In this document: piece by piece, positions 1 to 8,941 of the stretch
How positions within the stretch are numbered: the stretch's first letter is position 1
Layout of the letters: each line of letters begins with the position of its first letter
Source of the DNA: an uncultured Candidatus Saccharibacteria bacterium
Lineage (GTDB): Bacteria > Patescibacteriota > Saccharimonadia > Saccharimonadales > 2-12-FULL-41-12
Assembly (NCBI GenBank): GCA_964540445.1
Contig: CAZIMF010000001.1
Span: 1-56,899 of the forward strand
Direction: 5' to 3'
Length of the DNA stretch: 56,899 nucleotides
Program-made: the position numbers and the translations under genes
Notes under the pieces: generated by a model
Databases searched by the model: none
Seen by the model: only the letters and a program-made list of their open reading frames with translations
Told to the model about the DNA's origin: nothing

Positions 1-7
1 AGGACGT

Positions 8-39
8 ACACTCTTTCCCTCACGACGCTCTTCCGATCT
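8..39. other. Illumina TruSeq-type sequencing adapter remnant (technical artefact, not biological)
   Basis: acactctttccct-cacgacgctcttccgatct matches ACACTCTTTCCCTACACGACGCTCTTCCGATCT with one base missing; located at the extreme contig end. Confidence 0.9.
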
Positions 40-1116
40 CACTTAGCGCTCCTGCTTGCAGAAGGCCTAAGTGACGAAGGGGTAGATGTAACTCTGTTTA
101 GCCCGGGGCCAGTTGCTACCCGCGTTCGAAATATAAATGCAGACTTAACGTACTTTCAAAACGAACTAGACAACCGCGGTGACACCTACCTAGAGCTGTT
201 AAAGAAACACCCGTTTACTTTTGTGACTCTGGCGCGTCAGGTCCAAAGCGAATTGCTAGCAAAAGCTTTTGAAATGGCAAACCAAGGAGAGCTCGATATT
301 GTACACGTTTATACTAATGAGGAAGATAATGGACTTTCTTTTTCTAGACTGTGTGCTAAACCCGTTGTTTTTACTCATCACGATCCATTTAATTTTCTTA
401 TTAAATACAAAAGTGTTTTCCCTAAATACAAACATTTAAACTGGCTATCGATTTCTATGTCGCAGCGTAGCAGTATGCCTGTTGATACTAATTGGGTTGG
501 AAATATTTATCATGGATTGCCAGAAAATTTATACACACCGGCGACGCGCCCCAAAAATAACTATATTGCCTATTTTGGACGAATTATTGAGCCAAAAGGA
601 GTTCATTTAGCAATTGCAGCTGTTAAAACATACAACAAACTACACCCTACAAAACCGTACACATTAAAAATTGCCGGTAAGCATTATTCTGAAAGCAAAA
701 AGGATAGTTACTGGCAAACGCGTATTTATCCTGAATTAGACGACCAATACATAGAATATGTTGGTTACCTTGATACAACAAAAGACAAACAGTCATTTTT
801 AGCAGATGCAGCCGCTTTAATAATCCCTTCGACCTGGGACGAGCCTTTTGGTATGGTCATCATAGAAGCATTAGCCTGTGCAACCCCCGTTATTGGTCTG
901 CGTTCAGGAGCTATACCAGAAATTATTAAAGATAATAAAACCGGCATATTAGTTGATAAGGCCAATGATGAGACAACTACAATAGACAATCTTCAAAAGG
1001 CGCTGGTACGAATTAATTCATTATCCAGAGATACTTGTAGAGCAGATTTTATAGCACGATTTACGCAAACTCGAATGTGCCAAGAACATATCGAAGTATA
1101 CAAAAGTCTAATTTAG
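40..1116 (+). CDS. Glycosyltransferase family 4 (GT-B fold), 5'-truncated by the contig end
   Basis: Frame 1 is open from base 1. LALLLAEGLSDEGVDVTLFSPGP is a typical GT4 N-domain strand-helix. The C-domain has EPFGMVIIEALACATPVIG...KTGILV (E-x7-E-like motif). The listed Met at 223 is internal. Confidence 0.85.
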   Translation, partial: HLALLLAEGLSDEGVDVTLFSPGPVATRVRNINADLTYFQNELDNRGDTYLELLKKHPFTFVTLARQVQSELLAKAFEMANQGELDIVHVYTNEEDNGLSFSRLCAKPVVFTHHDPFNFLIKYKSVFPKYKHLNWLSISMSQRSSMPVDTNWVGNIYHGLPENLYTPATRPKNNYIAYFGRIIEPKGVHLAIAAVKTYNKLHPTKPYTLKIAGKHYSESKKDSYWQTRIYPELDDQYIEYVGYLDTTKDKQSFLADAAALIIPSTWDEPFGMVIIEALACATPVIGLRSGAIPEIIKDNKTGILVDKANDETTTIDNLQKALVRINSLSRDTCRADFIARFTQTRMCQEHIEVYKSLI

Positions 1117-1922
1117 AGAATTACAAGTGGAGCTTTAATGTGTGGCAAGGCCTGATAGTTTTCGAGGACAAAATTTTCGGGCGTAAAATCATCGATAGTG
1201 GCTACCTTACCAACTATTTTAAGAGTAGGGAACGGTAGGGGTTTTCGTTGCACCTGTTCTTTGGCCTGTTCAATTTGATTTCTATATAAATGAGCGTTAC
1301 CGATAGAAATAATCAGCTCCCGCGCCTCTAGCCCCGTTAGATGGGCGACCATATGTAAAAGCATAGAATACTGAGCAATATTAAATGGTAATCCCAAAAA
1401 TACGTCTGAAGAACGTTGATATAGTTGCATACGAAGTTTGCCTTTAGTTACCTCAAACTGGAACATGGTATGGCAGGGAGGTAAGCGCATTGCTTCTAGG
1501 TCAGCCGGGTTCCAGGCACTAACTAAAATAGCTTTGGAATGCGGATTATTTTTAATTTCATCAATGGCCCACTGTAACTGATCAATTGTTCCGCCTTTTG
1601 GGTCGCGCCATTTACGCCACTGCACACCGTAAACCGGTCCAAGGTTTAAATCTTTGTCGGCGAATTCATCCCAATAATGAATATTATGATCTTGTAGATA
1701 TTGTATGTTTGAGCTGCCCGAGACAAACCACAATAGCTCGTGTAGCAAGATATTGAAGGGCATTTTTTTAGTAGTCAACAGAGGAAAACCCTGGCGCAAA
1801 TCGAAGCGTAATTGATAGCCAAAAATAGACTTAAGCCCATGAACACCGCGTGATGGTTTGCTTTTACCGTTCTTAAGTATTTCGGCTTGTAGTTTTAAGT
1901 ATTCGTACTCCGGATGTGCCAT
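1113..1922 (-). CDS. thyA: Thymidylate synthase ThyA (folate-dependent)
   Basis: LPPCHTMFQFEV catalytic Cys motif, DVFLGLPFNIAQYSMLL with the Asn that specifies dUMP, 269 aa full length. Confidence 0.95.
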   Translation of the reverse strand: MAHPEYEYLKLQAEILKNGKSKPSRGVHGLKSIFGYQLRFDLRQGFPLLTTKKMPFNILLHELLWFVSGSSNIQYLQDHNIHYWDEFADKDLNLGPVYGVQWRKWRDPKGGTIDQLQWAIDEIKNNPHSKAILVSAWNPADLEAMRLPPCHTMFQFEVTKGKLRMQLYQRSSDVFLGLPFNIAQYSMLLHMVAHLTGLEARELIISIGNAHLYRNQIEQAKEQVQRKPLPFPTLKIVGKVATIDDFTPENFVLENYQALPHIKAPLVIL

Positions 1923-2002
1923 TAGTTTATTCTATAGCGTCGCTTCATAATCATCAATGACTATTAAGTGATGCAATTTAGTTATAGTTTATACTTCATG
2001 CA

Positions 2003-3001
2003 ATGGACACTCGAGTGATAGAGCAAATTTTAGACAAGTATGGATTAGCGTGGTCTACCATTCTAGAAAGCACCAAAGGCTACCGTAACGAATCTTATCC
2101 AATAGCACTCAGCAATGGTGTGATGATCAACCTTATGCTGCATAAAGTTGAACCTGGCTCACAAAGCTTAATAACAATGGCAGATGCTGTATCGGATTAT
2201 GTGGCAAGACGCGGGCTCCCTACGAGGCAAATGTTTGATAGAAGAATTATTATGCTCCGTACCTCTAATAAGTCTCAATACGGAGCAATCTATAATTATT
2301 TGGATGGCGCAACAATACCGTGGGAAGCATACACGCAAGAACATATAAAACTGCTCGGCGAGTCACTCAGTAACCTACATGCGCAACTTAAGGATTTAGC
2401 TGATGCAAAAGAACTACCTCACGTTTCCAATCAATACTTTGTAAAGTCCGAGGAAATGGAAATATATTTTAGCGATATAGGCGTCCAGCAAGCCATGATG
2501 CAAAAACTTGGGCTACGGTTAACCCCAGCTATTTTTAAGCGTTATTATAAATTGCTGAAATTATGCAGTAGGCTACCCGAGCAACAAGCACTACATATGG
2601 ATTTTGTGCGCGGAAATATATTATTTAAGGGTAGTAAAGAAACATTACATATTAGTGGTATTTTGGACTTTGAAAAAACCGCTTACGGCCCTTCTGTTTT
2701 TGATATTGCTCGGACGTTGGCGTTCTTATTAGTTGACTGCAAATACAAAAAGGAGGATAAAATACGCAAATACTTCTTGGGGTCTGGCTACAATAAACGT
2801 GGACATAGCAATTTTACAGAGGTTAGCTTGCTTGAAGAATTAGTTAACTTATTTCTGGTCTATGATTTTTATAAATTCCTGCGACATAATCCTTATGAAT
2901 TTCTTGCCGAAAATGAACATTTTGTCAGAACAAAACAGCTCTTACTAAGTCGTCATATAGTTGATAGAATAGATAGTAAGATAAAGAAGGAAGGGTTTTG
3001 A
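2003..3001 (+). CDS. Aminoglycoside/choline/homoserine-kinase-like phosphotransferase (APH fold), substrate unknown
   Basis: Brenner motif LHMDFVRGN (HxDxxxxN) and ILDFE (DFG-equivalent). Confidence 0.75.
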   Translation: MDTRVIEQILDKYGLAWSTILESTKGYRNESYPIALSNGVMINLMLHKVEPGSQSLITMADAVSDYVARRGLPTRQMFDRRIIMLRTSNKSQYGAIYNYLDGATIPWEAYTQEHIKLLGESLSNLHAQLKDLADAKELPHVSNQYFVKSEEMEIYFSDIGVQQAMMQKLGLRLTPAIFKRYYKLLKLCSRLPEQQALHMDFVRGNILFKGSKETLHISGILDFEKTAYGPSVFDIARTLAFLLVDCKYKKEDKIRKYFLGSGYNKRGHSNFTEVSLLEELVNLFLVYDFYKFLRHNPYEFLAENEHFVRTKQLLLSRHIVDRIDSKIKKEGF

Positions 3002-3002
3002 T

Positions 3003-3560
3003 ATGGCTTCAACTTGGAAGAAACGTTTGATATCGCAGAGCGATCTTATGACCCTACACGATAAGTTAAAAGATAAAGACAAGAAAATTGTATTTACAGC
3101 TGGTTCATGGGATCTACTTCACGTTGGCCAAAGTCGTTACCTAGAACAGGCAAAAGCCCACGGGGATATATTGGTGGTAGGTGTAAGCAGTAATGATGCA
3201 ATCAGAAAAGTTAAGGGGCCCAACAAGCCAGTACTTGATGAGAAGTTACGTGCCGAAATGCTAACCTATATTCGAGCAGTTGATTTTGTGACCATCCTCC
3301 CCGAACCAAGCTGCCAACCTTCTCTTGGACTTTTAAAGCCAGATGTCTATATTACTGTCCAAGAAGATTGGACCGAGAACTATAAATCATCCAAAGAATA
3401 TAAAACCGTTACTAAGTATGGGGGCGAGGTTATTGTTGTTGCACGTCAATCTACCGCAGTCTCGACAACAAAAATCATCCAGAGAGCTATCGGCGGTCAT
3501 TTAGGTGAAGTATTCAAAGATTTTATGGAACTTCGGAAAGATCCGCTTAAAGAAAAATGA
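3003..3560 (+). CDS. Cytidylyltransferase-fold nucleotidyltransferase (RfaE domain II / RibL / TagD-like)
   Basis: FTAGSWDLLHVGQSRYLEQAK (the (T/H)xGH motif region), ILVVGVSSNDAIRKVKGPNKPV; start lies 1 nt after the upstream stop. Confidence 0.8.
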   Translation: MASTWKKRLISQSDLMTLHDKLKDKDKKIVFTAGSWDLLHVGQSRYLEQAKAHGDILVVGVSSNDAIRKVKGPNKPVLDEKLRAEMLTYIRAVDFVTILPEPSCQPSLGLLKPDVYITVQEDWTENYKSSKEYKTVTKYGGEVIVVARQSTAVSTTKIIQRAIGGHLGEVFKDFMELRKDPLKEK

Positions 3561-4516
3561 CATCCATAAGCCCTGAGGAAGAAAAAAAGCAACTACTGTA
3601 TCGTGATGCACGCCGGACTGGCGAGTATGACGACATATGGCAAAGTGTTGGCAAATGCGTCTTTTGTGACTTACGTGATAAATATATTTTTCATGAAGAA
3701 AATGGCATTGTTATGACCGTGAGTTTGTATGCCTACATTGATGGTCAGTTCATGATCATCCCGCGACGTCATATTCGTTCTGTTAAAGAGTTGACCGAAC
3801 TAGAGTGGGAAACCGTACGAAAATTTATGTACATTGCAAAAAAAATTATTAGGGAAGTCCATGCCATAAAAGGCACTCAATTTTTAATTCGTGATGGCGG
3901 TATCCAGGCGCAAAGTACAGTCGATCAGCATCTACACATTCAATGTATTCCATTTGATGCGCCTGATTTGTCAGTTTGGAATTATCGTCAGCTTAAGCAC
4001 ACGCCGCTAGAAAACGCCGATTTATACAAAAAGCTTGAACCAAAAATTATTAAGCATAGTAAAAAATTTACACAAAAATATAAAAACCAAACAGTACTAC
4101 CAGTACACTCTGACGCCATTATTACTAATGCGGCAAACGAGGTTCTTTTTATAGAAAGAAGCCAGGCAACCAGACTTGAGCAAAATTATATTACGCAACC
4201 CGGAGGTCGGGTAGATACTATTGCCACAAGCTTGGAGGAAGAATTATGTCGTGAAGTAGAAGAAGAAGTAGGCCTAAAAATCAAACCTGCTGACTTAAGT
4301 TTAGTCAATTCACAGATCGATCACGTGACTTATGCCGGCACACCTCCCATCGCCTTTCTTCGAAATTCATACATAGTGAATAATCTAAGCTTAAACATTA
4401 TTCTTACACCTGGTGAAGAATGTAATAAAATTCTATGGGTACCGGTACAGAAAATTCCAACTCACCCAAACATTTCCCCAGAGACCAAAACAATAATACT
4501 GAAAGTGTTAGGTTAA
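3557..4516 (+). CDS. HIT-superfamily nucleotide transferase/hydrolase domain fused to a Nudix hydrolase domain
   Basis: The N-half has CVFCD...IIPRRH...DQHLHIQCIP (HxHxQ variant of the histidine triad). The C-half has a Nudix box GGRVDTIATSLEEELCREVEEEVGL. ATGA overlap with the upstream gene. Confidence 0.8.
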   Translation: MTSISPEEEKKQLLYRDARRTGEYDDIWQSVGKCVFCDLRDKYIFHEENGIVMTVSLYAYIDGQFMIIPRRHIRSVKELTELEWETVRKFMYIAKKIIREVHAIKGTQFLIRDGGIQAQSTVDQHLHIQCIPFDAPDLSVWNYRQLKHTPLENADLYKKLEPKIIKHSKKFTQKYKNQTVLPVHSDAIITNAANEVLFIERSQATRLEQNYITQPGGRVDTIATSLEEELCREVEEEVGLKIKPADLSLVNSQIDHVTYAGTPPIAFLRNSYIVNNLSLNIILTPGEECNKILWVPVQKIPTHPNISPETKTIILKVLG

Positions 4517-4519
4517 GTA

Positions 4520-5527
4520 ATGGCAAGAGATAATTATCGCTTTGAATGGTCAGATGTGGCATTTGGCAGCAAAAAGCCGATTAATAATCTATCGGCTTAC
4601 TTTATTGCTGCCCCGCGTGAAATGTCTACTAAGCGATTTAGCCAGCTGATTAAAGAATATTTGCCTATGGGAAACGTCCTACTCGGATTGGCCGCTGAGC
4701 CCTTTATAGCCGGCTTCGAAGATCAGCCGCAGTTTAAATCTCTGGATCAAAGTAAGGTGCAAGCTATTATCGACAAAGTGAATAACAAGTCAGTCAATCA
4801 TAAAATTTATACACTACGCTACAGGCAATCCGATCTTCGCTTTATACTCGAAAAACTTACTGTTAAAAAGGTTATTTTAATTAACGGTTCATGGCACTAT
4901 GCTTTTCATACACAAGCTCCATTCTATGAAATAGCGAAGCAGAACATCCCCTACACTATGGTCAGCCCATTTGCCGATGAGCAAGAAGCAAAAGATTATG
5001 ATACTGCGGCGGCGGTAAAATTATCTCAGGAGATAACGATACCCGCTCCAGGCAGCAAGCTTACCGAACTAGAAATGCTTCAAGTGGCCCAAACAATTGC
5101 AAAACACTCCTTTGATTATAGTTTTCAAGCTGGTACAAGCGTGGGTAAAAAAAATAAAGATGGCACCTATACGCTTTTATTAGCAACGTATAACAAGGTT
5201 GTCCCTTACCAAACCTATGCCATGCATTTTGGAGCAAGCCGTGAAAAAAACTTCTCACCGCCACACGATTTGAATCATTATGATACCGTGCACGCCGAAG
5301 TCGCCATAGCAATAAAAGCCCAGGCTGAAGGCATTGATCTTACGGGTTCAACCTTATTTATTACGCTGCTGCCGTGTCCAGCCTGTGGCCGAATGCTCGG
5401 CGAAACACCAATTACAGAAATTGTGTATACAGCCGATCATTCCAATGGTTACGCTATCCAGATACTAGAAGCGGCAGGGAAGAAGGTACGTCGGCTTGTC
5501 CCACCTAGCGGGAGCTTAAGCACATGA
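4520..5527 (+). CDS. dCMP/CMP-type zinc deaminase with an uncharacterised N-terminal domain of about 180 aa
   Basis: The C-terminal part has VHAEVAIA (HAE) and LLPCPACGRML (PCxxC) zinc motifs. I recognise no motif in the N-terminal half. Confidence 0.75.
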   Translation: MARDNYRFEWSDVAFGSKKPINNLSAYFIAAPREMSTKRFSQLIKEYLPMGNVLLGLAAEPFIAGFEDQPQFKSLDQSKVQAIIDKVNNKSVNHKIYTLRYRQSDLRFILEKLTVKKVILINGSWHYAFHTQAPFYEIAKQNIPYTMVSPFADEQEAKDYDTAAAVKLSQEITIPAPGSKLTELEMLQVAQTIAKHSFDYSFQAGTSVGKKNKDGTYTLLLATYNKVVPYQTYAMHFGASREKNFSPPHDLNHYDTVHAEVAIAIKAQAEGIDLTGSTLFITLLPCPACGRMLGETPITEIVYTADHSNGYAIQILEAAGKKVRRLVPPSGSLST

Positions 5528-6021
5528 AAGTTTTTGCTATTGCTACTATTACAGCTGACGGTTTTATAGGGAAAACCGCTGATCACTTGGCAGACTGGAG
5601 TAGCCCAGAGGATAAAAAGTTATTTGTACGACTCACCAAAGAAGCAGGTGTTATGGTAATGGGTTCACGAACTTTTGCAACAATCGGACGAGCTTTGCCA
5701 GAGCGAAGAACAATTGTATATACCTCTAAGCCTGAGCTCATTACCATTGAAGGTATAGAGACCACCAACGAAGCACCAGCTGCACTACTGGCCCGTTTGG
5801 CCAAAGAGGGAGTAAATGGTGTAGCAATTTGCGGCGGTGCGGCAATTTATAGCATGTTTGCAGAAGCTAAACTGATAGAGGAACTATACATAACGGTTGA
5901 ACCAGTCTTGTTTGGGACTGGTATTTCGCTGTTTAGTAACGACTTAAATATACATCTCTCGCTAATAGACACCTCAAAACTAAACGATCACACTGTTTTA
6001 TTACACTACGCGGTCAAGTAA
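5524..6021 (+). CDS. folA: Dihydrofolate reductase-like protein (DHFR / RibD C-terminal fold)
   Basis: ITADGFIGK...MGSRTFATIGRALPERRTIVYTS parallels FolA [25 protein letters not shown]; ATGA overlap with the upstream gene. Confidence 0.6.
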   Translation: MKVFAIATITADGFIGKTADHLADWSSPEDKKLFVRLTKEAGVMVMGSRTFATIGRALPERRTIVYTSKPELITIEGIETTNEAPAALLARLAKEGVNGVAICGGAAIYSMFAEAKLIEELYITVEPVLFGTGISLFSNDLNIHLSLIDTSKLNDHTVLLHYAVK

Positions 6022-6087
6022 ACGTAAATAATACAATTGCTATAAACTCCTCATATATTGTTAAATATATGTATACAAGGAGTAGGC

Positions 6088-8397
6088 ATGACCCAGGGAA
6101 CATTTATTGTTATTGAGGGTACCGATGGATCTGGCAAGGAAACACAGTCACGCCTATTAGTTGATCGCCTTAAAAATGAGGGCTACGCAGTTGAAATTTA
6201 TGATTTTCCGCAGTACGGGAAGTCCTCTAGTTACTTTGTACGCGAATACCTAAATGGCAAATATGGATCTATTGAATCCGTTGGGCCCTATACGGCCTCA
6301 CTTTTTTATGCGCTTGATCGTTATGAGGCTGCTCCGCAAATTAAGGCCGCATTAGATGCAGGGACGATTGTAATAGCAAATCGTTACACCGGTTCAAACA
6401 TGGCTCATCAAGGCACAAAATTTATCAACCCTGAAGAGCGGAAGGGTTATTATTTATGGCTCGACGCAATTGAATTTCAAATGCTTAAGATTCCTCGTCC
6501 GGATATGTCCTTAGTTCTCCGTGTGCCGGCTGAAACAGCTCAAAAATTGGTTGATAAAAAAGAGAAACGAGCATATACCAACAAAAAACGCGATATTCAT
6601 GAAGCAAGTCTGGAGCATTTACAAAAGGCAGTTGAGGTCTACGACAATTTGTGTGAACTTTTTCCAAAAGACTTTAAACAACTAGATTGCGTAAGGGATA
6701 ATAAATTATTAGAGGTTGAAGCAATTCATAATTTAATCTGGGAGACAGTTAATCCTATGTTACCATCGAAGAAAAATAAATCCTCAACCAAAAAAGATAA
6801 TGAAAAAAAACGAGAATCTGATTATTTAATTGACGGCAAACATGGTCTTGAAATTACTGCAGCCGGTAACAAAAAACTAGAGGAGTTTGTTACCAGCACT
6901 ACAAACAATGTGTATGGCTTTAATGAATCGGTTAGCCCGCAGATAATCGCAGCAGCTATGGCTCGACTATGTAGGCGCCGCGATGATATGCGCATCACGC
7001 TGTTAGATGAATTTATAGATGCAACTGACGATACAGAGCTTCTGCAGCGCGTAGTTACAGCCTTTGGAGATAATTCAGTAAAGCAACTGCTTGGCCAACA
7101 CGTAATTGTAGAAGGGGCCAGTAACTTACTCACTAAAAAACTAGAGTGGGGACGATTGGCTGCTTACGCGGAACAATCGACAAGATATATATATTTTGAT
7201 GAAAAAGACAAAGACGGGTCATACAAATACTTTGTACCCGCACAATTAGATACTAAAACCAAACAATCATATATTGAAACTATGGATACTATTTTTGATA
7301 CCTATTCAAAGATGGTTCATAAGCTAACCGATTATGTCCAAACGCATTCTTCTGTACCAAAAAAAGAACAAGACGAAGCGTGGCAAAATGCCACTCGTGC
7401 CCAGGCGTGTGATGCCGCCCGACCAGTGCTACCGGTAGCTACTAAAGCCACAGTAGGAATTTTTGGTTCAGCCCAAGCGCTCGAAAGTCTTATTACCCAT
7501 CTCCAAGGTGATGCACTGCCTGAAGCACAAGATACCGGAAGTAAATTACTAACAGAGCTGCGAAAAGTTTCTCCAGCATTTTACGAAGGCGTTAGCAATT
7601 CTGCTAATGGCAATGCGTTACTAGCGTATAGAGCAAACACCGCCCAGTCAGTTAAGAAGCTTGCGGCATCCACACTCTCCGAGAACTATAGCTCTGAAAG
7701 TGAAGCCGTCACACTTAGTGCAGTCTGGCCACGCAATGAGCTTGATATCGTTGCAGATATGCTGTACGAGCACTCCGGACTATCATTACATAAAATCACG
7801 TCAGAAGTTGCAACCTGGTCATATGATAAAAAATTAGAAGTGTTTGAATCGTATGTAGGCGAACGATTAAACAGACATCATCGTCCGGGGCGTGCTCTTG
7901 AAAAGGTACATTATTCATGGGATTTAATGTGCGATTATGGTGTTTTTCGAGATTTACAGCGACATCGAATGGTTGATGATTTAGAGTGGCAAACACTTAC
8001 ACCACGCTATGGTTATGAGACTCCAAAATTAGTAGAGGATGCAAAACTTACCGATGAATTTGAAGTTTGCTTTGATTTAAGCTTGAAACTATACAGTATT
8101 CTGCAGGGCGCAGGTTACGAAAACGAAGCCCAGTACGCAACATTACTGGGTCATAAAATGCGTTGGAAAGTAACTATTAACGCCCGTGAAGCCTTTTTGC
8201 TCCTTGAATTACGTTCAAGCCCGCAAGGACACCCCAATTATCGTAAGCTCACTCAATTAATGCATCAAAAAATTGCAGAGGTGCACCCACTGTTAGCCAA
8301 TGCCATGAAGTTTATAAATAAAGACGAAGATCCCGAGTTAACACGCTTAGCAGCAGAGAAGGCAACTCAGTCTAAGCTTCAGCAACTGGGTCAATAG
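6088..8397 (+). CDS. thyX: Fusion protein: thymidylate kinase (N-terminal) + flavin-dependent thymidylate synthase ThyX-like region (C-terminal, about 540 aa)
   Basis: FIVIEGTDGSGKETQ P-loop and ANRYTGSNMAH (Tmk). The C-region has GRLAAYAEQSTRY and LQRHRMVDD...PRY, which resemble the ThyX RHR..S.RY signature. ATG at 6088 follows AAGGAG (6077-6082); the TTG at 6058 is unlikely to be the start. Confidence 0.8.
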   Translation: MTQGTFIVIEGTDGSGKETQSRLLVDRLKNEGYAVEIYDFPQYGKSSSYFVREYLNGKYGSIESVGPYTASLFYALDRYEAAPQIKAALDAGTIVIANRYTGSNMAHQGTKFINPEERKGYYLWLDAIEFQMLKIPRPDMSLVLRVPAETAQKLVDKKEKRAYTNKKRDIHEASLEHLQKAVEVYDNLCELFPKDFKQLDCVRDNKLLEVEAIHNLIWETVNPMLPSKKNKSSTKKDNEKKRESDYLIDGKHGLEITAAGNKKLEEFVTSTTNNVYGFNESVSPQIIAAAMARLCRRRDDMRITLLDEFIDATDDTELLQRVVTAFGDNSVKQLLGQHVIVEGASNLLTKKLEWGRLAAYAEQSTRYIYFDEKDKDGSYKYFVPAQLDTKTKQSYIETMDTIFDTYSKMVHKLTDYVQTHSSVPKKEQDEAWQNATRAQACDAARPVLPVATKATVGIFGSAQALESLITHLQGDALPEAQDTGSKLLTELRKVSPAFYEGVSNSANGNALLAYRANTAQSVKKLAASTLSENYSSESEAVTLSAVWPRNELDIVADMLYEHSGLSLHKITSEVATWSYDKKLEVFESYVGERLNRHHRPGRALEKVHYSWDLMCDYGVFRDLQRHRMVDDLEWQTLTPRYGYETPKLVEDAKLTDEFEVCFDLSLKLYSILQGAGYENEAQYATLLGHKMRWKVTINAREAFLLLELRSSPQGHPNYRKLTQLMHQKIAEVHPLLANAMKFINKDEDPELTRLAAEKATQSKLQQLGQ

Positions 8398-8941
8398 AAG
8401 AAATTCCAATAATAGCTACTCGAAAATGCTCGGCCGGCAATGCTTGCAATGAACTATAGATTTGCTGAGCAGCAGCAGTTTCAGCTTCGGTAAGATTCAA
8501 GCCAGCTTCAACGGCGATGAAGGTTAATCCATCATCTTTTGAAACTGATGCTTTTCCTAATAATTGGATCCTGTCGAGTGCCGCTTCTGTGTCTTCAGAA
8601 GTTTTAACTGCCATATTAACGTCTATATGCCCGACATCATTACACCAAAATTCGACAGCGGAGGCAGCAACAGCCTTAACAACTGATCGTAACTTTTGTC
8701 CGGGAAGCTCAAAACAACTGGTTGGATCACTAACTCGAGGGGTTAAAACGTCAAAGCCCGTGTTGGGTGCGCTTAGTCCGGGCTTGTTTAGCGTCTCATC
8801 CAGTATAGTGTGAGCAATATCGGCTGAGCCGGCAGTCACATGCGGTAGAAATATTGTCCGATGGTTGTCGCGTCGCAGCGCAGTATAAACTGGACCGCGT
8901 CGCCTAGTATACTCTAATTTTTGTTCAATCTCCGGTGTCAT
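8372..8941 (-). CDS. Hypothetical protein (189 aa), no recognisable motif
   Basis: Long ORF with balanced composition, preceded by its own promoter and leader. The 3' end overlaps the thyX stop region by 26 nt (convergent). Confidence 0.5.
   Translation of the reverse strand: MTPEIEQKLEYTRRRGPVYTALRRDNHRTIFLPHVTAGSADIAHTILDETLNKPGLSAPNTGFDVLTPRVSDPTSCFELPGQKLRSVVKAVAASAVEFWCNDVGHIDVNMAVKTSEDTEAALDRIQLLGKASVSKDDGLTFIAVEAGLNLTEAETAAAQQIYSSLQALPAEHFRVAIIGISSIDPVAEA

Noticed and set aside
6058-6087. TTG start for the Tmk-ThyX ORF
   Set aside because: The ATG at 6088 is preceded by AAGGAG at ideal spacing and gives the canonical Tmk N-terminus directly before the P-loop.
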